This document shows positions 1 to 11,600 of a stretch of DNA of 64,000 nucleotides, in pieces. Position 1 is the stretch's first letter. Each line of letters begins with the position of its first letter. A program made the translations under genes and the position numbers. The notes beneath the pieces were generated by a model. That model worked only from the letters and a program-made list of their open reading frames with translations. It made no database searches and was not told the origin of the DNA. Origin of the DNA: Emiliania huxleyi CCMP1516 (Eukaryota); the NCBI RefSeq assembly GCF_000372725.1, contig NW_005201144.1:62001-126000 (forward strand). The letters are read 5' to 3'.

Positions 1-701
1 GCTTCTGCCTCATGATCGTAAGGTGCGGGGCTTGGGACGAGTTTTTTCGGTTCTGGGAGTCACCTCCATGCCAATCGAACCTCCGGCCAGGGGTCTGGTG
101 TGCTGGCGATGGGCGGTGCGGCACACATGACCCGACAATCTTTGAATTCAGCCACTGCGACGCGGACGGGATGTATGTCCGCAAGGACTGCCGGATAGCC
201 AACTCCCCTCCGCCGCCATCCCCGCCGCCTCCTCCACCGTCACCTCCACCGCCAATGCTCGAGTCTATACCGCCACAGCCCTCACCAACAGTACCAGTCC
301 CCGTGGCGGCGCAATCTATTGATGAGGGAGGAAAGAGCTCTTGGGGTCAGCAGAGCCAACTGGAGCAACTAGGCCAGCCGGAGGCGCTAGCGCAGGCAGA
401 CGCGAGCAACGGCACCACGAACGTAGAGCTTGTGCCTGCCTACAATGTCATCGCTGGCTTCCTGTTGTTGCCGTGGATTGTCCGTTGGCCGTCCAAGATG
501 TGGATGATTATCATCTTCATCTCTGTCTTGCTCGTGCCAGCCGCGACGTTGCTATGCTACTATTTCGCTTGCGTCCATGCGGGACGCTCCTCTGAACGCC
601 GCGGTACCCTCGTCCTCTCGGAGGACGAGGTCCCGGACTTTGACGAGGCTGCGGAATTCAAGCCTACGATGCAGCACCAGCCTTACAGTGGGAAGATCTA
701 G
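1..701 (+). CDS. 3' part of a Cys-rich/Pro-rich single-pass membrane protein (5' end probably outside the window)
   Basis: The frame is open from base 1. It has a Cys motif WCAGDGRCGT...C...C, an SPPPP stalk, a hydrophobic segment MWMIIIFISVLLVPAATLLCYYF and a short cytosolic tail, with TAG at 699-701. Confidence 0.6.
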   Translation, partial: FCLMIVRCGAWDEFFRFWESPPCQSNLRPGVWCAGDGRCGTHDPTIFEFSHCDADGMYVRKDCRIANSPPPPSPPPPPPSPPPPMLESIPPQPSPTVPVPVAAQSIDEGGKSSWGQQSQLEQLGQPEALAQADASNGTTNVELVPAYNVIAGFLLLPWIVRWPSKMWMIIIFISVLLVPAATLLCYYFACVHAGRSSERRGTLVLSEDEVPDFDEAAEFKPTMQHQPYSGKI

Positions 702-942
702 AGCGTAGAGGTAGAGCACTCTGATGACAGATCTCAGTGTCAGTCCAATTTTAGGAGCTGGGTTGATGTGCAAAAAGAAAGGAAGACATTGACCGCACGA
801 GGGAGCCGGGGCTAAAGCCGGCGGCGGCGCGCGCGGCGCGGATTTCCTTATAGAGGGCAAGTTTGATGCAACCCCCAAAAACAACCCTCGGCCGTCGCAA
901 GCCCTCGCGAGTTCTTTTGCCCGTGGTGCACCGTATCAGGTA

Positions 943-1982
943 TCACTCTACATCAGAGTCATCACTTGCTCGTGCGGACACGTCTGCCGCCACGACGTCG
1001 AGCCAGCGCCTCGCGACGGCCGCCCACGTCTCGGAGCGCAGCGTCGGCGTGTCGACGGACGGCAGCGCGCCGCGGGCCTTCCACTCGAGCAGGATCTCGG
1101 CCGCCCTGGCCGCCGCCGCGCGCTGCGTGCTCGGCTCCGTCGGGTCGCCCTCGACGCGGAGGACGTAGTCCTTGCTCGGGTCGGAGAAGACGGCGACGCT
1201 CGAGGTGAGCGGCACGCAGCCGAGCATCGCGGCCTCGCGCACGGCGATGCAGTCGATCTCGGGCCAGTCGCCCACATAGTAGAGGAGCTGCGCGCGCGCC
1301 TTGGCGCGCAGCAGCTCCAGCTGCCCGACGCGGCCGTGGTCGACCACGCTCGGCCCAAAGCTCGCGAGGAGCGCCTTCATGCCGTCGCGCCACGCCGAGG
1401 CTGGGTGGAGCAGCTCGTGCGTGCGCCAGCCGTAGTACACGTGCAGCGTCGCGTCGGGCACGCGCGCCAGCAGCGCCGGCCAGCCGTGGCGCAGCATGTG
1501 CTCGAGGCCGCGGTCGTACGACGACGTGTACACCAGCCGCGGCGCGGCGGGGCGGGGCGCGCCGGCGTCGGCCTCGGCCGCTGGCGCCGCGGGCTGCCGC
1601 CGCTCGGCCTTGACTCTGGCGACCATATCTCCCCGCATCTCCCCGTCTCTCCCCGTCTCTCCCCATACCTCGGCCTTGACTCTGGCGACCAGCTCCTCGT
1701 CGACGCCGTTGGGGAGGACGCAGGCGGGCGTACCCGAGGCGACGGGCGGCAGGACGCCGCGCTGGAACTCGCTCTTGCACATGAGGCGGTCCACGCGCGC
1801 GAGGCGGCGCGGCGACATGTCGCGCCGCCGCGGCATGTCGTGCAGATCGAGCAGCACGAGCCGCGCGTCGAGGGGCTCGTCCAGCAGCTCGAGCGAGCGC
1901 CACGCGATGAGCGTGCCGAAGCTGTCGGACGGGTTGAAGGCCGCCACGTCCACGAGCCGCACGCCGCGCCACTCGCGCTCCG

Positions 1983-2013
<31 letters not shown>

Positions 2014-3133
2014 GGCGCCATCGGCGGGCGCGCCCATGCGCAAGTACACGGCCACCTCCCGGTCGGGCTCCATCGCCTTCCAGCGCGAGGCGAGCTGCAG
2101 CACCGCCGTCTCGGAGCCGCCCAGCCCGGTCTCGAGCCGCTCGGGGCCCCACGGCTCGAGCGCGACGCCCGTGTAGTACACGAGGGAGGAGGGCGGCCAC
2201 GCGCGCGGCGGCGGCCGCTCAGCCGCTGGCCTCCAGTGGCGCGACTCGGAGCGCGAGAGCGACGCGACCGTACGCGAGGCGAGCGCGCGCGTGGGGGCGT
2301 GGCCGCTCGTCTGCAGCAGCGCCGCCAGCTGAGAGAGGAGAGGCGCCGCCTCGGGCATCGCGGCCGCCGCCTGCTCGCGCGCCGTCGCAGACACACGGCA
2401 CAGCCTCTCGAGCGCCCGCAGCGAGGCGTGCCGCGCCGCCTGCTCCGCCGGCGAGGAGGCGGCGGTGGCGGCGGAGGCACAAGCGGCGCCGCCGCTCGGG
2501 AGGAGGTGCAACGCGAGCGCCCCTGCGGCGCCGCACTCGACGAGCAGGTCAAGCGCGTCGTCGTCGGCGCTCGCGTTGCACACGGCGCCCGCGGCGCGGC
2601 GGCGCACGGTCAGCTCGTCCGACGCCAGCGCGGCGACGAGGGGGGCGGCGCACGCGCGCGGCGGCAGCCTCACGAGCCGCGCGTGCTCCTCGCCGCGGGT
2701 GAGTAGATGCTGCAGCGCGCCCGCGCCCGCGGCGTGCGCCTCAACGGGCAACTCACCTGTTCACAGGCAGAGGTGAGAAGAGACGCTGCTCACGCCTCCT
2801 GGCGCCTCCGCGGGCAAGGCCACGCCCCGGGCGAGCACCCCGGCGAGGGCGGCGAGTAAGCTGCGGCCGCCTGCGCCTCCTCCCCCCTCGCCTCCTCCCC
2901 CCTCGCCTCCTCCCCCCTCGCCTCCTCCCCCCTCGCCTCCGCCCCCCTCGCCTCCTCCCCCCTCGCCTCCTCCCCCCTCGCCTCCGCCCCCCTCGCCTCC
3001 TCGCGGCAAGCGCTCGACGGAGGAGGCCGCGTGCGACCCCTCCGGCAGCGCGGGCCCGCTCGTGCGGAAGAGGAGCTCCTCGCTCAGAGCGGCGGCCGCC
3101 ACGACCGCCCGCAGCTGGTCTGGCGGCAGCGAG

Positions 3134-3181
<48 letters not shown>

Positions 3182-5358
3182 GGTGGCGTACGCAGTAGCG
3201 CCGACAAGACGTCGAGCACGCTCGCCATCGCTCCGGCGTGCAGAAGGCGCTGGGCAACCGCGGCGCCGTCCGCAGGTGCCGCCGTCGCGGCGGCGCGATG
3301 GTCGGCAGAGGCTCGACGGAGCGCGTCGAACGCCTCCGCCACCTCCTCAGCGTCGACGGCGCCACCGGCCGACCTCGAGGACCTGCCGAGCAGCGTCCCG
3401 AGCGTCTCCCCCCCACGCGCCGCCGCCGCCGCCGCCCCCCCGTGCGTCGGTGGTTCAAGCAGCGAATCGCTCGCCGCGCGCAGCCGTCGGAGCATGGCGC
3501 CAGTGCTATCCTCCTCCGCAGCGCCGGCCTAGAGGCGGCGGCGCGGCGGCTCGCAGACAGCTCGCGCAAGTGCGCATCTCCCCATACAGAATCTCCCCAT
3601 ACCTCCCCGCATCTCCCCGCATCTCCCATATCTCGCAGACAGCTCGCGCAAGAGCGTGAGGAGGCGGAGCGCCTGGGCTCCGCGCCTGGGCGGGGTGGGA
3701 CGCATCCGCCCGCCCCCCTCCCCCGCCCTCCCCCCCTGTGTCGCCCGCTGGCCGCATGCTGCTGCATGCCTGCGAGAGAGAGCGGTTGTCGAGGCCGCCG
3801 CCGTCGCCGCCGTCGCCGCCGTTGCCGCCGCCACCGCCACCGCCGCCTCTGCCTCCGCCGCCGCCGCCACAGCTCGCCATCGGCGCCGCGAGCGCCGCAC
3901 ATCCCTCGGCCACCGCGCGCTCGTTCGCCTCGCCGCCCACGGGGCGCGGCAGCGCCGCGTCGCGACGCGGCGGCGCCGCGTCGCCCCCCGCCTCGCGCCG
4001 CACCGCCAGCCACGCCTGCAGCCTCCAGTGGCTCGCCGTGGCGGACGCCATCCTCCGCGCCGCCGCCTCGAGCAGGGCGGCCAAGTCGTCCGGCGGCGGA
4101 GGCAAGTCGTCCGGCGGCGGAGGCAAGTCGTCCGGCGGCGGAGGCAAGTGGTCCGGCGGCGGAGGCAAGTCGTCCGGCGGCGGAGGCAAGTCGGAGGGCG
4201 GCGGAGGCAAGTCGGAGGGCGGCGGAGGCAAGTCGGAGGGCGGCAAGTGGGAGGGCGGCGGCGGCGGCGGCGCGTCTGAAGGCGGCGGCGGCGGGGCGGC
4301 GGGCGGCGGCGGGTCGGCGGGGAGCGCGGTGGTGGGATGCTGGGACGGAGGCAAGCTTGCGATGGCGCGCGCGTGCTGGGCGTAAAAGGCGGCGTCGGCG
4401 GCGGGGAGCCAGGGCGGTGGCGCCGTGTCCGGCTCGTGGCCCAGCCGCCGCAGCCGCGGGAAGGTCGACCACTCATGCTCGCATCCGTCGAGGCGCACCG
4501 TCATCAGCGTCGGGCTGCGCGACTGCCGCTCGAGCTCCGCGCCGTCGAGAAGGGCGTGGCGCAGGGGGGGGGCGCCGCGCTGGGGGAGGACCGGCGCGTC
4601 CGACAGCAGCAGCTTCATGAAGTCGACGTCCTACGCGGGCTCCGCTCCCGCTCTCAGAGCCGCCGATCCTCTGCCACCACCGCCAGCGAGGCGCACGCGA
4701 GGCGTCGCGCCTCGTACGGCGTGTCTGGAAAGCCGGGAGGGTCGTCCGAGCCGGGCGCCCACGTCTTCCGGAGCAGCAGCGCGGTGCCGGGGTTGCCCAG
4801 CTCCGCGGAGAAGACGCCGCCGCCTCCCGCCGCCGGCATCTCAAAGTACGAGGCGCAGCCGCGCGAGGCGGACAGCTCGCACACGCAGCGCACCTGCACG
4901 GAGCACGCGTCGGCGCCGGTGCGAGCGAGGGCGTCGAGCTGCGCCTGCGCCGCGTCGGCCGAGCGCCAGTCGTCGTCGTCGCAAAAGAGGATGGCGTCCG
5001 TGCCCGACAAGCTGCACAGCTCGAGCGCGAGGTTGCGCTTGAGCCGCAGGCACACGCGGCCCGTCGCGTCTGGAGGCACGGCGACGTACCGCACGGCGAC
5101 GTGGCCCTCCGCGACGGCGCTGTCGGCGCCGCACAGCCGCGCTCGATCCACGCCGCAGACGGCGGCTCGCACGTACGGCCAGCCCGCTGCGTCCGGGCCG
5201 TCGTCGAGCACGAGGACCTCGAGTGCCGTCGCCGAGGAGACGCGCTGCGCCGCCGCCGCGCGGACAGCGCGCTCCAGCAGCGGCGCCCGCTCCGGGCGGC
5301 GGCGCGTGGCCGTGAGGACGACGACCGTGAGCCTGCGGGGCGGGAAGTCCACCGCCAT
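943..5358 (-). CDS. Multi-exon glycosyltransferase: N-terminal GT-A (GT2-like), Pro-rich linker, ARM-like helical region, C-terminal GT-B (GT4-like)
   Basis: ATG at 5358. GT2 motifs are TVVVLT..R, EVLVLDDG, KRNLAL and ILFCDDDDW. A GC-AG intron at 4710-4631 joins PYE to DVDF, giving the ED motif. ARM-like text: VRRRAAGAVCNAS..ALDLLVECGAAGAL. GT4 motifs: GLGGSETA, VYTSSYDRGL, LHVYYGW, GRVGQ, EIDCIAVREAAMLGCVP. Internal splice sites are uncertain. Confidence 0.75.
1603..1691. repeat. (RTCTCCCC)-type minisatellite flanked by a 23-bp direct repeat; probable intron
   Basis: ctcggccttgactctggcgacca occurs at 1603-1625 and 1669-1691, with ATCTCCCC/GTCTCTCCCC units between. Confidence 0.85.
3550..3652. 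repeat. (ATCTCCCC)-type minisatellite flanked by a 21-bp direct repeat
   Basis: ctcgcagacagctcgcgcaag occurs at 3550-3570 and 3632-3652, with ATCTCCCC units between. Confidence 0.85.
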
Positions 5359-5550
5359 ATGTGGGCGCGCTTTTCTTTTTTCGTGGCGCTGTTTTTCTTC
5401 AATGCGCCCCTTCCCCTCCTTTTGCAAAATCCTGTGAGGCGGGAACGTGTCTGTTCTCGACACAGCCCTGGTTTGGTACGCCCGTTTTATTTCTTTCTTT
5501 CCCTTGCTTTACCTTTCTCTTCTCTTTCTTGTTGCCAAGCCCAAACGCCA

Positions 5551-6530
5551 AAGAAAGAAAAGAAAGAAAACAGACAACCCAAGGGAGGGATGGGAGGACG
5601 GCACGCCGCCACCACACAGGGATTTTAAGGAGAGGAGTGTGATGCGCTAGCCGTCGCCCACCCTAGGGAGTCTGCCGCTTCCTATCTCTTTTCGCAGTCT
5701 CTCGCCGATTCTCGCTGCAACCTTCATGCCACCTCGCGGCCGTCCCACTCTCGTCGTTCTCTCCCTTGTCACTTCCTCCTCTGTCGCGTCATTCTCTTCT
5801 GCCTCGTCCTGCGCCGCCGCCGCCTGCCGTTCCCTTGTTCTCTCGGCTTCTTTCGCCTTTCGGCGCAACTCCGCCCTCCTTGCTGCATATCCTGGCCCCT
5901 CGAGTCTATCGAGCTCCCCTCGCGCAAGGACCACATTTCTGACTCCCACTCCGATCATTTGCCTCCAGGTCATGTTGTTGCTCAGGTCCACTCTCTCTTC
6001 GAACACTCGTGCCTCTACGGATGATGCCGGCGCTGGGGTCCCCTTCGGATGCATCGTGACATCTGACAACTGAATTTCCACTGGTTCGTCCTCCTCGGAG
6101 TCATCTTCCCCGTCCTCCTTCCGTTCGGCTCTTCGCTCGGTACGTTCGGTGTGGCTCACCCTCCATGCCGTGAACAGGCGCTTTATCCACCCTATATTCT
6201 TCTCTCGTTCCTCTGCCCGTGCCTTGGTCTTGTCGTTGTTTCGCACCCATGTCTGTATGGCAATCGAGGCTGCCTTCCCCACTACCTGTAGTTCACTCGT
6301 CACCTCTCCCGCGAGCTCCCTTCTCTTTCTTTCGGGTATGGAGTCCGTGAGTGCGGGTAGCGTGCAGGCAATCACGGGCGCTATTTTGTCGTACTCCTCT
6401 TCGGCGAGCGCTCCAAATCTAGACCCTTTCGCCTTTAAGGAGGCTGCCCTCGCTCGTCTCAGGAATGTGGCGGTGTCTTTTGCCCAAACGCCAAACCACA
6501 GTTTTCCGTGAGCACTTGGTGAGCGCGATT
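5551..6530 (-). mobile_element. Probable 5'-truncated non-LTR retroelement remnant (ORF C-terminus plus 3' tail)
   Basis: An open frame of lower GC with no start (LWFGVWAKDT...) ends at 5647. It is followed by a 3' tail ending in (TTTC)n whose motif is shared with 23411-23463 and 43342-43392. No RT motif is visible. Confidence 0.4.
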
Positions 6531-6762
6531 TTTTTATTTCCGCCGACCTGGACTCGTCCAGTTTGTGGCCCTGTCTCTCGCTCGGGTGATCCGCCGCCGC
6601 TCCCCGCCCCAAATCGCAAACGACCGTCGTCGACCGCGACGATCGAGGGCTGCATGCCGCAAGGGCTCGAAGCCTTCCACGAAGAAGCATCCGCCGCCCC
6701 GCCCAGTCTTCTGCGCGCACCGATGGATTGACAGACTCGCAACCTGCGCGGCCACAGGAACG

Positions 6763-7674
6763 ATGCCCTACCTCGGTGCCAGTTTTGATGACGCCACGCA
6801 AGCCGCGCTGGCGGAAGCCGCCGACCGCTTTGCCGCGAACTCGCCCTTTGAGAGGGATCAGACGCGGCCCTTCCACATCCCACTGATTGGCGGGCTGCAC
6901 GTCTACACGCGCGACGAGATCAGCAACGCCGTCGAGGCTGGCAGCCAGGCCGCCTCCGACGCCATCGAGGGCCGGTTCGTCCGATGGGAGGCGAGCCCGC
7001 GCGGCCGCCTCCGCGTCGTGGTCTCGCTCAAGAGCCACGACGGCCTCGAGCGCATCCGCTGGCTGCTGCCGCGCGGCAAGGAGTGGCGCGACGAGAAGTA
7101 CGTGGACGTCGGCTCGCTCTCCGAGGTGAGTCGGTCGGAGAGGGACGCCTTTCTCGAGGCGGCCGCTGCGGCCTTCCCCATCACGGAGAGCAGCTGCTTT
7201 GCTTGCCGCGCGCTCGACTACGTCGAGCTGCCAAAGAAGCCGCCGGCCTCGCGCGGCAAGCGCCGCGCCAAGCTCGCGGAGTCTGTGGCTCGCATCGTCG
7301 TCAGGGAGGACGCGATGGCCATTTCCCTCGACGACCTGATCAAGGAGCGCAAGGCCAAGGGCGGCCTCAAGAAGCCCGCTCCGAGCAACGGCTCGCAGCT
7401 CAACCCTGACGCGGCCGTTTTCGTCCCTGGCGCCGCGGCCAAGCTGCCGCGCGCCACGACGCCCAGCGGCCGGAACAGGGCGGCGCGACCTGGTGCGCTC
7501 GTCAAGGCGGGCCCGCTTGGCCCGCCGGCCATCCGACGCCAGCACGCGCGGAGGCAGCAGCCGACGGCTCCGAAGGAGCGGGTGGGGAAGGGCCCCATGA
7601 GCGGCGGCCCGATCCGAAAGAACAGGGCGAATGGAATGCAGCGGGCCTCTGGCGCGGCGTTGATTCGCCCGTAA
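6763..7674 (+). CDS. Hypothetical protein: possible degenerate 2H-phosphoesterase-like domain plus basic tail with an SLDDLI motif
   Basis: ATG at 6763 with coding-like codon bias. FHIPLIG sits where the first HxT motif would be. C-terminal ISLDDLIKE is followed by a basic disordered region. Confidence 0.5.
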   Translation: MPYLGASFDDATQAALAEAADRFAANSPFERDQTRPFHIPLIGGLHVYTRDEISNAVEAGSQAASDAIEGRFVRWEASPRGRLRVVVSLKSHDGLERIRWLLPRGKEWRDEKYVDVGSLSEVSRSERDAFLEAAAAAFPITESSCFACRALDYVELPKKPPASRGKRRAKLAESVARIVVREDAMAISLDDLIKERKAKGGLKKPAPSNGSQLNPDAAVFVPGAAAKLPRATTPSGRNRAARPGALVKAGPLGPPAIRRQHARRQQPTAPKERVGKGPMSGGPIRKNRANGMQRASGAALIRP

Positions 7675-8644
7675 GCCCATGCCTTCGCCGACACGAGATG
7701 CGCGACGCCGCCGGGAGAGCGGAGACGTGGCTGGCCCGTGGGGACCGAGAGACTGACCTGACGTGACTTGCGTTGTTGAGAGTTTCTTGTGCCGGATGAT
7801 GACGGCCGATGTTTGTTTGCTGCTGGTTGGTTTTCTTATTTCTTTTTTTGATTTTAAGATCTATTTTCTTTTCAGTCTTGCTTTTTTTTCACCGTCGGCG
7901 GCCTGCCGCCGCTCTCTGCCCTCTCGGCGGCCGCCACAGCGAGCACCCACCCGCAGCCCGGGGGCCACGCGGCCGGGCACCAGAGGCCTTCGATGGCGGC
8001 CTCGCCCGCCATCGACCTGGGATCCCGGGCCCCTCCGGGTGGGTCCGGGTGCACCCGGAGTTTGTTACTCAGCTGGTCCGCCGCCTGCCGAAGAATTTTG
8101 CGGACGCCGTTCCCGAAGCCGCCGAACGTCTCGAAGTCAAGCAAACGCAGATCGCAATTCTTCTCCCGCGCGAACCGGTAGTCGCCCTTCTTGTAGAGGG
8201 CCGTCACAGGTGCCTCCGCCTCCGCCTCCCCCTCACTCTCCTCCTCCTCCTCTTCCGCCGCCGCCGCCTCCGCCTCTGCATCCTCCGCCCCCCCCCCCCC
8301 CCCCCTCTGGCCGTGGCCATATGCAGCAAGAGATACGTTGTGTTGTGGCCTCGGGGGATTCTCCGTTGTGAGACAGCGCGGTAGAGCGCGCACTCTCACA
8401 CTCTCACAGCTCACAGCCTCGGACAGAGCAGGGCCTTCCTGCTCAACCCTTTCGGCCACTCGCCTGCGTTCATGAAGAGAGAGAGAGAGAGATCTTCTCT
8501 TCTTCATGAATGAAATCGCTGGAGTCCTGTATACTTCGGCAGCAGAGGCGCCAGCGGCAGCGCGGCGCCGCCCCGTCCGTGCGTTGGTTAGTTAGATGTT
8601 GGTGCGCGCAGCAGCCCTACTCCACCAAAGGCCGAACCCAGACG

Positions 8645-11600
8645 ATGGTGAGTGCAGATTCCCTGAGCCGCTTCGACGCGGCCGTGCTAGTGGCGGAGCG
8701 AGGCGAGGAGGAGGCAGTGTTGGCGTGGCTTGAGGGCGGCGGGCGGGCCGACGCGACGTACGAGAGAGGCAAGGTTAGCGGCATCACGCTGATGATGGAC
8801 GCCGCCAACAACGGCCACGAGCGGGTGGTCGAGCTGCTGATGCGGCACGGGGCTAAGGTCAACCATCAGAGCAGCGACGGCTTGACCGCGCTGATGGCCG
8901 CCGCCGTCAACGGCCACGAGCGGGTGGTCGACGTGCTGATACGGCGCGGCGCGGAGATCAACCTGCAGGACAGCGACGGCGGCACCGCGCTGATGTTCGC
9001 CGCTTTCTTCAACCGCCCCGCCGTCGTGCGGCGCTTGCTGCGGGCGGGCGCAGACGCGGCGCCCATTGTCAACGGCAAGACGGCGCTGCAGCTGGCCAAG
9101 GAAAAGGGCCACGCCGAGTGCGTCGAGGTCTTGTCGGAGGCGGCGGCGGCGGCGGACGGCCGGGCAGGGGCGGGCGTTTCGTCGGGCGCGGCAGTGGCAG
9201 CGATGGACGCGCCGCTGCTCGGCCAGCGAGTCGTACTCGGCGGGCTCTCTTCCCGCCCCGAGCTGAACGGGCAGCGGGGCGTGGCGCGGAGCTTCGAGGG
9301 CGGGCGGTACGCTGTGGCACTCAAGGGCGGCGGCGAGAGCGTGCGGGTGCGGCCGGGCAATCTGTCCCCGGCGGCGGCGCCGCCGAGCGGTGGCGTGGCA
9401 GTCTCCGACGAGGTCGTGGCAGCGGCTGGGCGAGGCGACGAGGCGGCGGTGCTGGCGTGGCTTGACAGTGGCGGGCGGGCCAACGCGACGTACGAGCAAG
9501 GCGGCGTGAGCGGCCTCACGCTGCTGATGCGCGCCGCCCGCCACGGCCACGAGCGGGTGGTCGAGCTGCTGCTGCAGCACGGTGCTGAGGTCAACCTGCA
9601 GGACAGCGACGGCATCACCGCGCTGATGTTCGCCGCCCTCCACGGTCACGAGCGGGTGGTCCAGCTACTGATTCGGCACGGCGCGGAGATCAACCTGCAG
9701 GACAGCAGCGGCCTCGCCGCGCTGATGGCGGCTGCCGGCTGTGGCAACGAGCGGGTAGTCGACTTGCTGATGCAGCACGGCGCTGACGTCAACCTGCGGG
9801 ACATCAAAGGCATCACCGCGGTGATGACCGCCGCCCTCTTCAACCGCCCCGCCGTCGTGCGGCGCTTGCTGCGGGCGGGCGCAGACGCAGCGCCCACTGT
9901 CAACGGCAAGACGGCGCTGCAGCTGGCCAAGGAAAAGGGCCACGCCGAGTGCGTCGAGGTCTTGTCGGAGGCGGCGGCGGCTGCAGACGGCCGGGCAGGG
10001 GCGGGCGTTTCGTCGGGCGCGGCAGCGGCAGCGATGGATGCGCCGCTGCTCGGCCAGCGAGTCGTGCTCGGCGGGCTCTCTTCCCGCCCCGAGCTGAACG
10101 GGCGGCGGGGCGTGGCTCAGAGCTTCGAGGGCGGGCGGTACGCTGTGGCGCTCGACGGCGGCGGCGAGAGCGTGCGGGTGCGGCCGGGCAATCTGTCGCC
10201 GGCGACGGCGGCGCCGAGCGGTGGCGTGGCAGTCTCCGACGAGGTCGTGACAGCGGCTGAGCGAGGCGAGGAGGAGGCGGTGCAGGCGTGGCTCGACAGT
10301 GGCGGGCGGGCCGACGCGACGTACGAGAGAGACGGCGTGAGTGGCATCACGCTGCTGATGACCGCCGCCAACTACGGCCACGAGCGGGCGGTCGAGCTGC
10401 TGCTGCAGCACGGCGCGGAGATCAACAAGCAGAACAGCGACGGCGACACCGCGCTGATGAACGCCGCTGTCGGAGGCCGCGAGCGGGTGGTCGACTTGCT
10501 GATACGGCGCGGCGCGGAGATCAACCTGCTGGACCGCAACGGCTGGACCGCGCTGATGCTCGCCGCCCTCTTCAACCGCCCCGCCGTCGTGCGGCGCTTG
10601 CTGCGGGCTGGCGCAGACACGGCGGCGCGCAGTGCGAGAGGCAAGACGGCGCTGCAGCTGGCCAAGGATAAGGGCCACGCCGAGTGCGTCGAGGCCTTCA
10701 AGAAGCACGTCCAGGATATGCTGGCGGGACGGCCCACGGCGACGGCAGCCGGCGGCGCAGGCGCAGGCGGCGCTTCCTCCGGCGGCGCCTCCTCGGCTGA
10801 ATCGAGAGTCACGGAGACGCTCTCTCCAGCGGTGGCGGCGGGGCGGGCGTCGAGCGGTGCCGCGGCAGTCTCCGATGCGATCGTGGCAGCGGCTGGGCGA
10901 GGCGAGGAGGCGGCGGTGCTGGAGTGGCTCGAGGGCGGCGGGCGGGCCGACGCGACGTACGAGCAAGGCGGCGTGAATGGCGTCACGTTGCTGATGACCG
11001 CCGCCGTGTTCGGCCACTTGGGGGTGGTCGAGCTGTTGCTGCGGCACGGCGCGGAGATGAACCTGCAGAACAGCAACGGGAGCACCGCGCTGATGTACGC
11101 CGCTGAGAACGGCCTCGAGCAGGTGGTCGACTTGCTGATCCAGCGAGGCGCGGAGGTCAACCTGCAGAACAGCGCCGGCCACACCGCACTAGTGTTCGCC
11201 GCCATCAACGGCCACGAGCGGGTGGTCGAGTTGCTGATACGGCGCGGCGCTGAGGTCAACTTGCAGGACATCAAAGGCTACACCGCGCTGATGTACGCCG
11301 CCCTCCTCAACCACCCCGCCGTCGTGCGGCGCTTGCTGCGGGCGGGTGCAGACGCTGCTGACGGCAAGACGGCGCTGCAGATGGCCAAGGATAAGGGCCA
11401 CGCCGAGTGCGTGCGCGCCTTCGAGGAGCACTTGTCGACCGCAGCAGAGGCTGGGGGGGAGACGGCGGCCGCAGAATCAGCCGAGCAGGCCGCGGCGGCC
11501 GCACGCGAGGCGGCAGCGGCTGCGGAGGCGGCGGAGGCGCGCGATGCTGCCGAGGCGGCGCTGCGCGAGGCGGTTGAGGCGTGCGGCCGAGGCAACGCCG

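Noticed and set aside
4080..4260. 21-bp tandem repeats with regular spacing, superficially CRISPR-like
   Set aside because: There are no unique spacers, the units encode (DDLPPPP)n in frame, the context is eukaryotic and no cas genes are present.
5647..7680. 677-aa minus-strand ORF as one gene
   Set aside because: The first half is the antisense shadow of the 6763-7674 gene. Only the part below ~6530 looks like independent coding remnant.
7872..8507. 211-aa minus-strand ORF
   Set aside because: It starts in a (GA)n tract, crosses a poly-C run and has no recognisable motif. It may be a fragment but cannot be supported.
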